Below the pieces are notes generated by a model. It was not told the origin of the DNA. It searched no databases and saw nothing but the letters and a program-made list of their open reading frames with translations. Of a stretch of DNA of 20,348 bases, positions 7,298-15,527 are shown one piece after another. A program made the translations under genes and the position numbers. Every line of letters starts with the position of its first letter. The first letter of the stretch is position 1. The DNA comes from Thermovirgaceae bacterium. Its GTDB lineage: Bacteria; Synergistota; Synergistia; Synergistales; Thermovirgaceae. The stretch is from NCBI GenBank assembly GCA_046542505.1, contig JBKHBH010000030.1:1-20348 (forward strand), written 5' to 3'.

Positions 7298-8695
7298 TTG
7301 AATGTTCTCGAGTTATACCGGTTGGCCACGAAACGCGTGCCAGCGTACCGCGATTATGTCGAAAAGCGCAGCAACAAGATTCCGCAAATATCTTCCATGG
7401 AAGACTTCAAAAACGTTCCCCTGACGTCGAAGGAGGACTACATCAAGGCCTACCACCTGGAAGACCTCTGCCTCGACGGGACATTGCGAGGCAAGCACGT
7501 TCTATGCCGCAGCTCGGGAACGAAAGGGAAACCCTTCTTCTGGCCCCAGCTTCCGGAGCAGGAACGTTACGTGGCGGACTGGCTTTACAGCGACCTGGAC
7601 GAATCTTTCGGCATCTCGAAACACCCTCTATTTGCCGTGGTTTCCCTCGCTCTGGGATCGTGGATCAGCGGAGAGCTGACCTCATGGGGCCTGCGCAACC
7701 TGGGGATTGAAAAAGGAGGGGTGACCCTTGTTACGCCCGGCCTGGACCTGGACGAGGCGGTGGAGATGCTTGGATCCTTTGCCGGGAAATTCGACGGGAC
7801 CGTCCTGTACAGCTATCCCCCCTTCGCCAGAACCATCCTCGAAATGGCAGCCGACAGGGGCCTGCCTCTGGCGACCTACAGGATGGGGCTCCGCCTGGCG
7901 GGAGAAGGATATTCGGAACGCTATCGCGACCGCCTCAATCGCCTCATGGGCTACGCTGAAGGGTCCATCCACAGCATTTTTTCCGGCTATGGATCGACGG
8001 ATTTCGGAAGCCTCGGCAAGGAAACGGCCTTGTGCATTGCCATCAGGCGCCTCTTCTACGAAAAAAACCTGGCCAGGGAGATCCTGGGTCGCGACGAGAT
8101 TCCATCCCTCTGCCAGTATGACCCTTCGGTTTTCCACGTGGAGCTTGCCGGAGAGGAGCTTGTTGTCTCCAAATATCAGGCAGTTCCCCTTTTGAGGTAC
8201 AGGACGGGTGACCGGGCGACGCTGATGTCCTACGGCGAGATGATGGAAAGCCTCAAGGCTGCGGGGGCAGACCCCGTCAGACTTCTCGAAGAGCGCGGGG
8301 GGGACCCTTCGAGGATCCGCCAACTTCCCTTTGTCCTCGTCTGGGGCAGGATAGACGGTGCCGTCACCTTTTACGGGGTGAACATCCTCGTCGAGCAGGT
8401 CAGGGAGGTCGTGGAGGGGAACGAAGTCTTCAGGGAATGTTGTACGGGGCAGTTCCAGATCAGAAAAACCGAAAACCGGAACCTGGAACAGGTTCTGGAG
8501 ATCCTCCTCGAACCGAGACCAGGCATCGAGGCTGATCCCGGCACCCTTGCGGAGCCAATGGCCGAAGCGTTGTCCCGGTCAAGCGCCGAATATGCGGCGG
8601 TCCTGAAGAATCGGGGCAAAAAGGCCCTGCCGAAACTCCGGTTTGTAAAAGACAAAGAACTTTTCGGCGGTACGAAATTCAGGTACGTCGGGTAA
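7298..8695 (+). CDS. Phenylacetate-CoA ligase (PaaK)-like adenylate-forming enzyme
   Basis: ANL-superfamily motifs VPAYR, VPLTSK, SSGTKGKP, AGEG, GYGSTD, PLLRYRTGD, GRID and a C-terminal Lys (GTKFRY). TTG start with an AGGAG RBS. Substrate unknown. Confidence 0.85.
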   Translation: MNVLELYRLATKRVPAYRDYVEKRSNKIPQISSMEDFKNVPLTSKEDYIKAYHLEDLCLDGTLRGKHVLCRSSGTKGKPFFWPQLPEQERYVADWLYSDLDESFGISKHPLFAVVSLALGSWISGELTSWGLRNLGIEKGGVTLVTPGLDLDEAVEMLGSFAGKFDGTVLYSYPPFARTILEMAADRGLPLATYRMGLRLAGEGYSERYRDRLNRLMGYAEGSIHSIFSGYGSTDFGSLGKETALCIAIRRLFYEKNLAREILGRDEIPSLCQYDPSVFHVELAGEELVVSKYQAVPLLRYRTGDRATLMSYGEMMESLKAAGADPVRLLEERGGDPSRIRQLPFVLVWGRIDGAVTFYGVNILVEQVREVVEGNEVFRECCTGQFQIRKTENRNLEQVLEILLEPRPGIEADPGTLAEPMAEALSRSSAEYAAVLKNRGKKALPKLRFVKDKELFGGTKFRYVG

Positions 8696-8722
8696 TGATT
8701 TCTCTCCGTGGGCAGGTACTGC

Positions 8723-8766
8723 AAAGGAAGCCAAAGGGCGGGATTTCCCGCCCTTTGGCTTTCCTT
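8723..8766. terminator. Bidirectional terminator between the PaaK-like gene and the MFS gene
   Basis: Perfect 15-bp inverted repeat AAGCCAAAGGGCGGG (8728-8742) / CCCGCCCTTTGGCTT (8747-8761) with a 4-nt loop, between convergent stop codons. Confidence 0.8.
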
Positions 8767-9982
8767 ATACGGCACGGCCGCCGTGGGCTCGTGGAATAAC
8801 GAGGGCGATAAAAGCCAAAAGAAACGCGCCCCCTCCGTTGCCAGCCAGAAGGAGCGGCAAGGGGAGGATGTGGTTGAGAAAGCCGAAAAGGATGAAGGCC
8901 AGTGGCATGACGGCGTAGCAGACAGTCGTCATGAGGGCGAAAAAGCGTCCCCTGAATGCGTTGGGGACGAGCTTCTGAAAGAGGGCCAAAGTCGTGGCGT
9001 TGACAGTCCCGAGACCAAGGCCCGCCAGGAAGAGGGCCGCCAGCATGACCTGTTTTTGTCCGGCCAGCCCAAAGAGAACAATGGAACCCGCCGTGAGAAA
9101 CAGGCCACCCAGGATTTTTCTGTAGGGACGCAGAAAAGGGCGTGTGCTCAAAAAAAGCGCCGAGAGCAGGGCGCCAAGGGCAAGGCTTCCCTCAAAGAGG
9201 CCGACCCACAAAGGGCCTTCCTTGATGATAAATTTCACGGCCAGGGGGATTGCCAGTAAAACGGGAGAAAAAAAGAAGTTGAAGGCGCCGAAGACCGCAA
9301 GAAGGGATGCCACTGGCCGGTTGTTCCTGAGATAGGTGAACCCTTCAGCCATCTGTCGGCCGTAACCCGGCCTGCCGTTTTCGTTTTTCGGGGGAGACAT
9401 GTCTGCCTTGATCGACAGGATAAAAAGCAGTGACAGGCAGAAAGTTCCCCCGTCGAAGAGGAAAGCGCCCAGGGTTCCCACGGCGGCAAGGGCGGCGCCG
9501 CCGAGAGCAGCTCCGATGACGGAAGAAAACTGGAATGCCGTGGAATTCACGGCAGCCGCTGCAGTTACGTGCCCGTTGTCGGTAAGTGCCTCAAGGGAAC
9601 TGTTGGCCGAGGCCTCGAAAAGGGGCATGAAGGTGGATATGGAGAAGACCAGCAGGTAGAGTACCGGCAGCGTCAGCCTCCCCGTTCCCAAAAGCGCCGA
9701 GAGGACCAGCAAAAGAGCAAGGCGTGCCGAGTCAGCCGTTATCATGCACTTTTTCCGGTTGAACCGGTCTGCCAAAGTGCCCATGACAGGACCGAAAAGG
9801 ACGATGGGGAGCATCGTCATGGTCATGAGAAATCCCAGGTGAAGACTGGCGTTCGGCCCCCCCCGGTTCACGACCCACCAGGCCAGGGCTATGGAAAAGA
9901 ACTTGTCGCCTATGGCCGACGCAAAACGTCCGGCGAAAAATTTGCGAAAATCCGGGAAGAGAAGAAGCGGATGTTCCTTCAT
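8765..9982 (-). CDS. MFS transporter (DHA3/Mef-like efflux type)
   Basis: About 12 hydrophobic segments, MFS motif A (GTLADRFNRKK), N-terminal FRKFFAGRFASAIGD and C-terminal VPNAFRGRFF. The start at ATG 9982 overlaps the luxE-like stop codon (ATGA). Confidence 0.9.
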   Translation of the reverse strand: MKEHPLLLFPDFRKFFAGRFASAIGDKFFSIALAWWVVNRGGPNASLHLGFLMTMTMLPIVLFGPVMGTLADRFNRKKCMITADSARLALLLVLSALLGTGRLTLPVLYLLVFSISTFMPLFEASANSSLEALTDNGHVTAAAAVNSTAFQFSSVIGAALGGAALAAVGTLGAFLFDGGTFCLSLLFILSIKADMSPPKNENGRPGYGRQMAEGFTYLRNNRPVASLLAVFGAFNFFFSPVLLAIPLAVKFIIKEGPLWVGLFEGSLALGALLSALFLSTRPFLRPYRKILGGLFLTAGSIVLFGLAGQKQVMLAALFLAGLGLGTVNATTLALFQKLVPNAFRGRFFALMTTVCYAVMPLAFILFGFLNHILPLPLLLAGNGGGAFLLAFIALVIPRAHGGRAV

Positions 9983-11106
9983 CGGCTCACGTCTTCCATC
10001 TTGTCGAGGATGTCCTGGGCCGCGATAGCGCAACCCTTGTGCTTTTGGGTTCCTCCTCGACGTATGGAGGCCACATAGGTCCCAGGGATGCCGCAGGGGC
10101 AGTTTTCCCCGAGAACGGCAGCGTCCGTGGAAAGAATCGACTGGTTCGGCTGGGCCGTGTTCCAGGGAGACAGAAGCAGCAACTGGCCCTCCTTTCCGTA
10201 CCGAAGCGGTTCCAGCGTCAATGGGTCCACGACGGCCAGGCGTGAACAGGCCGGGACATGGTGGTGTCCGTACGGGCAGGATCCGTAGGGAACGCCGTGT
10301 TCCGCCATTCCGAAAATATCACGCACGTTGGCGGCCGGCAGGCCGCAGGATTTCTCGACGAAGCGTGCGAATTCGGGCTGCTTCATTGGTTCTCCGGAGT
10401 GTTTTTTCCATCCCCCCCCGGCGATGACGAAACTTTCAGGGTTCACGACGAGGCCGGGCTTGAGTTTTTTGACCTCCGAAAGCGCGCTGTGCATGAAGGC
10501 CGGGAAACCCAGAAAACGCAAGGGGGCGTCGGAAGCGAGCTCGATAAGGAGTTCCGCCGCTTTTCGCGCATCGAAGGAAAATTCGCCCGAGCTGTCGCGC
10601 TTGAGGAGCCAGTGGACGCTTTCAGCGGGTGCACAGGCCATTTTCTGTTCGGTGCTCCAGCTGGTTCCCACATCGGAAGCCTCGGACCTGTTGTAGCTGA
10701 AAAGCAGGTAATGGGCGGGCCTGTCGGAGGCGTAGCCCAGGGCGGTAAAAATATTTCGAGACAGTTCCTCCATTCGTTCCAGGCTCGGCGCGTCGAAGTG
10801 AAGGTGGGTCTTCTGCCCTGACGTTCCGGAACTTGTCAGGGTGAGGACTACGTCTTCGGGCTTCACCGAGAGGAAGTCGTGAAGCTTCAGGGTTCCCACG
10901 AAAAGGGGAGGGGTGGCCAGGGCATCTTTGAGGGAGGCGATTTTCGCGGCGTCAAATCCCGCCTGGCGGTCCATCTCTTTCAGAAAGGGATGAATTTCCC
11001 TCTGGAAAATCACATTTTCCCGGAAAGCCTCGACGAACAGTTCTTCCGTATTTTCGGGAGCTAAAAAAGGATTTTCAAGACTGCAAAGTTTTTCGAGAGC
11101 ACTCAT
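9979..11106 (-). CDS. LuxE-like acyl-protein synthetase
   Basis: TSSGTSG P-loop, GGGWK, DIFGMAE, HHHVP, ILSTD, CPCG and a C-terminal KGCA matching the position of the acylated Cys of LuxE; 375 aa, LuxE-sized. Confidence 0.88.
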   Translation of the reverse strand: MSALEKLCSLENPFLAPENTEELFVEAFRENVIFQREIHPFLKEMDRQAGFDAAKIASLKDALATPPLFVGTLKLHDFLSVKPEDVVLTLTSSGTSGQKTHLHFDAPSLERMEELSRNIFTALGYASDRPAHYLLFSYNRSEASDVGTSWSTEQKMACAPAESVHWLLKRDSSGEFSFDARKAAELLIELASDAPLRFLGFPAFMHSALSEVKKLKPGLVVNPESFVIAGGGWKKHSGEPMKQPEFARFVEKSCGLPAANVRDIFGMAEHGVPYGSCPYGHHHVPACSRLAVVDPLTLEPLRYGKEGQLLLLSPWNTAQPNQSILSTDAAVLGENCPCGIPGTYVASIRRGGTQKHKGCAIAAQDILDKMEDVSR

Positions 11107-12599
11107 GGCGCGTCCTCCTCTCGGGTCTCAGCCAGGGACCGGATATATCCAGTGAGGTCTTTTGCCGTTTCGCCGGCGACGACGATGCCGTCGAAGTCGA
11201 CGGTGCAATTGTTCAGGTAGATCATGGCAAGCCTGTCTCCCATTCGGGCGGGCAGGACGCCGCAGAAGAGAAAATCCCGGTCTTCGAGAGCTCTGGCGAG
11301 CTCAGGGGTCGACGGGTCCTCAAGATTGAGCCTGACAAGGATGGCGTCAGTCCGGCGGAGACAGAACTGCCGGGTAAGATGATGCAGATAAGGCTCCGTC
11401 CCTGCGGCAGCTTCTTCGACATCGATGGTTGCGGCGTTGATGGAGGGGACGGGTTTGGCCGAGGTAAGGCCGGGACCTGGTGAACGGGACGAAAGCGGAC
11501 TTGACGTTGCCTCGAAAGAGCGTTCGAGCCCGAGAGATTCATAGATAGAAGCCAGCATGTTTTTGTGGTGTCCAGGTGGGTAGACGCTACGCTTGGGATG
11601 ACCCGCCAGCGGGAGGTACTGATATGCCAGAGTCAGCCGATCGCTGCTGCATCCCGCGAGCTTTCGGAAATTCATGGAAGAGGCGAAAAAGTCCACAAGG
11701 ATGGCGGTATACCGAAACCCCATGGAGAGGGCCGCTTTCTGGGAAGCGGGGTGCGTGGTCACGGATTGAACGAAGGCTCCTCCGTACCTGAGCTTTCCAG
11801 CTTCTGCGATGAGGTGCTCCGTCATTTCTTTCAGGATTCCACGTCCCCGGTAGCGGGGTTTCACGAAGGCCATTCCCAGTTCCACCGTGTCGGCCCCGGG
11901 CGTTATCTCCAGGGCGCAATGACCAAGGATATCATCGTCGTTTGCGGCGACGATGGACAGGATATGTCCCGTTCTGTTCAGTTCCACCACGCGCTCGGGG
12001 TAGTAGAGGTGACTGTTTGGATAAGTGTAGCCGTAGGCCTCGTAGGCACACCGGGAAACCTCTATGGCCTCTTCGGGCCGCATGGGTCTGAACGTCCAGG
12101 TCAACGGCCCTTCGTAGACTTCCATCGAAACTTCGGTCTGTTGCGTGCTGCCCTCTTCCGTTTCCGAGGCTACAGAACGATCCGGCAGGTATTTCACGAG
12201 GCGCGTTTCCTTCCCTTTGGGCCCGAGATTCCGGAAGATGACTTCGTCGACGAGACTGCGCATCAAAAAGAGACCAAGTCCACGACCTTTGGCCTCGTCC
12301 ACGTCCCGGGGCGCCTTGTACTCGGGGACGGATTCCGGAGCGTAGGGGATCCCTTGGTCGGCCACAGTAACGGCAAGACCCAAAGGGACATTTTCGACGG
12401 TGACGTCGAAGGTGGCTTCCTCGCCCTTTTCGTAGGCATGCTGGATGACGTTGGAGACGGCTTCCTCAAGGGCTACCTGGATCTCGCCCACAGCTTTTCC
12501 CCCAAAACCCCTTGCCCTGGCCGCCTCGGCGACAAATGCCTGAAGCGGCTCCAATACGGCCATTTCATTGGGCAGTGTGAGACGTGCCGTTCGTTTCAT
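11103..12599 (-). CDS. RsbW/SpoIIAB-like anti-sigma factor/Ser kinase (HATPase_c_2) domain fused to GNAT acetyltransferase domain(s)
   Basis: The first ~140 aa carry the GHKL boxes ALEEAVSNVIQHAY (N), VADQG (G1) and GRGLGLFLM (G2). After a polar linker comes a GNAT domain (ELGMAFVKPRYRGRGI, HPASQK), then a C-terminal domain that may be a degenerate GNAT (RDFLFCGVLP). Confidence 0.85.
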   Translation of the reverse strand: MKRTARLTLPNEMAVLEPLQAFVAEAARARGFGGKAVGEIQVALEEAVSNVIQHAYEKGEEATFDVTVENVPLGLAVTVADQGIPYAPESVPEYKAPRDVDEAKGRGLGLFLMRSLVDEVIFRNLGPKGKETRLVKYLPDRSVASETEEGSTQQTEVSMEVYEGPLTWTFRPMRPEEAIEVSRCAYEAYGYTYPNSHLYYPERVVELNRTGHILSIVAANDDDILGHCALEITPGADTVELGMAFVKPRYRGRGILKEMTEHLIAEAGKLRYGGAFVQSVTTHPASQKAALSMGFRYTAILVDFFASSMNFRKLAGCSSDRLTLAYQYLPLAGHPKRSVYPPGHHKNMLASIYESLGLERSFEATSSPLSSRSPGPGLTSAKPVPSINAATIDVEEAAAGTEPYLHHLTRQFCLRRTDAILVRLNLEDPSTPELARALEDRDFLFCGVLPARMGDRLAMIYLNNCTVDFDGIVVAGETAKDLTGYIRSLAETREEDAP

Positions 12600-15226
12600 T
12601 CCGAAAGCCTCCGGTCCACGATCCTCCGGATTTTTCCCGTCCTGCCTATTCTTTCCAGTGACTGGGCGGGGACAAGGTCGACGGCGATCTCCTCGAGTTC
12701 CCTGTTCCGGGGGTCCCTGTAGACCTTTGCTTCCTCGAGGATGGCTTCGGCCACCTTGTTTCGGAGATTTTCGTCGTCGGCGAGGTTTGCGTCGAGAACC
12801 TCGACGGCAAAGGTTACCAGGCTTTTTGCCCCGAGGGATTCGACCTGGATCTGAAAGTCCGACGAAAGCCCCGGAAAGCGTCCGACGGCCTGCTGCACCT
12901 CATCGACATAGAGCTTTCCGAAATGCACTCGTACATAATCACCGGTCCGCCCGAGAAGACGGAACCTTGGCCAGATTCTGCCGCAGGGACAGGGCTCGTC
13001 CAGCCATTCCGCGTGATCGCCGATGCGGTAGCGGATCAGCGGGTGGAGCTCCCGGGTCAGGCCTGTGGAGATGAGCTCGCCATCGACGATTTCGTTGTAG
13101 CACCAGTCTTCGGCAGAGTGGAAAACCGTGGGGTCCTCTATGGCTTCGCAGGGATATCCCATGGGTCCGATCTCGACGGCGCCGTAAAGGGGAGAAGCGA
13201 GCACGGTGCAGCCGAAGACCCGCCGTACCACCTCCCGGGCCGCCTGTGGAAGCGGTTCGCCGGTGAAATAGACTTTTTCGATGGAACCCTTCCAGCCGGT
13301 ACGCTCACTTGCTTCGGCCAGGGCCAAAAGCGCGCTCGACATGGCCATGACGGCATTCGGGCGGTGTTCGTCGAGCATGGCGAGAGTTTCTTCGGGGGAC
13401 TGGTTGCATGTCATGGAGAGGATATCGCAGCCGGTTTCCTCCAGAGCCTTGTTGAAGGCCAAAAAGCCAGTCCAGAGAGCACCCGCCCGCAACAGATTCG
13501 CCACCCGGTCGCCCTTTCCGATCCCCAGGGACCTGAAGCCCAGACCGGTCACTTTGCCCGAAAGGGCGAACTCTTCCGGAGACCATGCCACGTACCGGGG
13601 CTTGCCGGAGGTTCCCCCGGAGGCGAAAAGGTAATTGGGTGCTTCGGGATCGGTCAGCATATCCCTGTTTCCCGGCGGACAATGCTCTATTAGATGGGAT
13701 TTTTCAAGCACCGAAAGTTGCGAGAACTCCTCCAGGCTTTGGACCGGCAGCTTCAATCCCCCGAAATGCCTGCTGTAGAAAGGGCTTTTCATAGCCTTGG
13801 AGAGGATGGCGTTGATCCGGGACAGCAGAATGGTTTTACGCTGTTCGGCGGGAAGCCTGTTTTGGCCCAGAAGATCAGGCGATAAATCTTCGCGGTTCAC
13901 CAGTCGGACGAGGCGAAGCGGGATCTGAACACCGTCGTGGGGTGCAGTCCCGTCGAAGCCGAGCCCCATGGTACCGGGCCGGCAGAATCGGAGAACGCCA
14001 AGGGAAGACAAGGATTCCACGATCGACTGAAGCCTTTGGGGCGGGGCGGCCACTCCGGTCGTTGAGAGGTACCAGCGCATCCCCCGGAGGTTGCCACGGG
14101 TGAGGTCTTCGATGTCCTCGACGGCGTTGACGTAGATGGTGCGGTTCAGCGGGGAGGGTGTGATGTCGGCGCCGTCTCCGATGATGACCGTGTGGCTTCC
14201 ATTTTTCCCCTCCAGAAGGCGGCCTTTACCGTTGAAGGAGCGCCAGCGTGCAAGTTCACGTTCCTTCCGGATCTCGAAGGCTTCGTCGAGGTGAACTTCT
14301 CCGGGCGGGATGGAGCATGAAAGCTCCTCAAGACTGTCGTAAAGGAGCGACGCGAATCTTACCGCATCGCCTTCGACGAAGATGTTCTGACAGCTCGTGC
14401 AGGCTCGCTGTTCCCAGAGAACGACGTCCAGTGCAAACCCCTTCGCCGCCTCCTTCAGGGCTTTGTCCGGCATCCCTGATGCAACGACACCGAAACTTAC
14501 CTTCGGGCCGAAGGCCAAAAGTTCCGTTTCGGGTGAAAGGTCGCTCTTGTATTCCCTGACGGCGTCCTCGCCGCCGAAAAGCAGCACGGCATCAAAGGAC
14601 CTTTTCGCGAGGTCCGTGACCTCCGTGTTGGTGTGCTTCCAGTAGGTGAAGGCCAGGTGCGAACTGATTTCCCCGTCCTGTTCCGCCTCCATGAGGGCTT
14701 CCAGAAACAGGAAAGGGAAGACCCGGTCCTGCCGGGAGAGCTTGAGGATGTTTACGTTTTTCGTAATGAGGCCCAGCAGAAGGGAGTCGATGGAGCCCAA
14801 AAAAATGTTCCCGGCCGCCACATGGCAGACGCTTCCGAGCGGCAGGGCCCGGGCTGCTCCCGCACGGGGCAGTTTGACCCAGTGATCCAGCGTATATGGG
14901 TCACCGAGGCACTTGAGGCGGGATTTCAGGAAATCTCTCGAAAGAAGATTTCCGAGGGCATCGGTGGCGAATTTTACAAGTTCCTTTGAGTATCCGGTGA
15001 CACCTGGCATGGTTTCCAGTATCAGGCTGCGGTATCTTCCTTCATGGTCCGTCAGCAATTGCCCCGTTTTTTCCAGGGTCGTCAGGATCCGTTCCAGGGG
15101 CACTTTCCGGAAGGATGCCGACCGCTCCTTCAAAAGGCCCGGATTGAACCAGTATCTGGCCCTGTCGGCTGGTAAATCGTCAAAAGTTTCCCAGGTTCCG
15201 AAAAAGAAATGTTTTTGCCGGTCCAT
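12596..15226 (-). CDS. LuxC-like acyl-CoA reductase fused to a C-terminal PaaK-like adenylation (CoA ligase) domain
   Basis: aa ~1-445: HVAAGN, FGGEDAV, FGPKVSF and EQRACTSCQ (LuxC catalytic Cys motif). aa ~460-876: SPFYS, SGGTSGKP, TGEP, YGAVE, PLIRYRIGD, CPCGR, LGRTGD and TGKIRRIVDRR. GGAGG RBS. Confidence 0.88.
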   Translation of the reverse strand: MDRQKHFFFGTWETFDDLPADRARYWFNPGLLKERSASFRKVPLERILTTLEKTGQLLTDHEGRYRSLILETMPGVTGYSKELVKFATDALGNLLSRDFLKSRLKCLGDPYTLDHWVKLPRAGAARALPLGSVCHVAAGNIFLGSIDSLLLGLITKNVNILKLSRQDRVFPFLFLEALMEAEQDGEISSHLAFTYWKHTNTEVTDLAKRSFDAVLLFGGEDAVREYKSDLSPETELLAFGPKVSFGVVASGMPDKALKEAAKGFALDVVLWEQRACTSCQNIFVEGDAVRFASLLYDSLEELSCSIPPGEVHLDEAFEIRKERELARWRSFNGKGRLLEGKNGSHTVIIGDGADITPSPLNRTIYVNAVEDIEDLTRGNLRGMRWYLSTTGVAAPPQRLQSIVESLSSLGVLRFCRPGTMGLGFDGTAPHDGVQIPLRLVRLVNREDLSPDLLGQNRLPAEQRKTILLSRINAILSKAMKSPFYSRHFGGLKLPVQSLEEFSQLSVLEKSHLIEHCPPGNRDMLTDPEAPNYLFASGGTSGKPRYVAWSPEEFALSGKVTGLGFRSLGIGKGDRVANLLRAGALWTGFLAFNKALEETGCDILSMTCNQSPEETLAMLDEHRPNAVMAMSSALLALAEASERTGWKGSIEKVYFTGEPLPQAAREVVRRVFGCTVLASPLYGAVEIGPMGYPCEAIEDPTVFHSAEDWCYNEIVDGELISTGLTRELHPLIRYRIGDHAEWLDEPCPCGRIWPRFRLLGRTGDYVRVHFGKLYVDEVQQAVGRFPGLSSDFQIQVESLGAKSLVTFAVEVLDANLADDENLRNKVAEAILEEAKVYRDPRNRELEEIAVDLVPAQSLERIGRTGKIRRIVDRRLSE

Positions 15227-15282
15227 CCTGTCAGCCTCCCAAGCAAGTCAGAGAAAAGGTTCGATCTTTTCACAATGGGGTC

Positions 15283-15288
15283 ATTATA
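15283..15288 (-). promoter_or_regulatory. Consensus -10 element upstream of the lux-like operon
   Basis: Perfect TATAAT on the minus strand, 57 nt upstream of the start codon. No good -35 hexamer at 17-nt spacing. Confidence 0.4.
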
Positions 15289-15527
15289 GCTTTTTCAAAG
15301 CGGTCATGCACTGAAGAAATGACTGAAAACAACGCTCCAGGGACAGTCAAGTCTTCTGTTTCTTCAGTTCCTGTTGCATAGAACCCGGCGATAGGGGATT
15401 CTGTAAAAGAAATTCTCTATCCATAAAGCAGTGTAGATCCCATGCGTCGGATTATGGCGGTTGCTTTATGGTACAGGTTACGTGAAGGAGAAGAGAGAGA
15501 TTGACACGACAGGGAAGGAGAATGCTT

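Noticed and set aside
11565..12722. 385-aa plus-strand ORF and the other long antisense ORFs (e.g. 4175-4936, 12923-13693, 15830-16711)
   Set aside because: These are shadow frames opposite well-supported genes, expected in GC-rich coding DNA.
8765..15226. Bioluminescence (lux) operon
   Set aside because: There are no luciferase (luxA/luxB), luxD or luxG homologues in the window; only the C- and E-like components are present.
15300..15370. NiCo (czcD) riboswitch upstream of the metal ATPase
   Set aside because: ACTGA...GGGACAGT resembles the closing stem, but the enclosed sequence is far too short for the four-way junction and lacks the conserved core.
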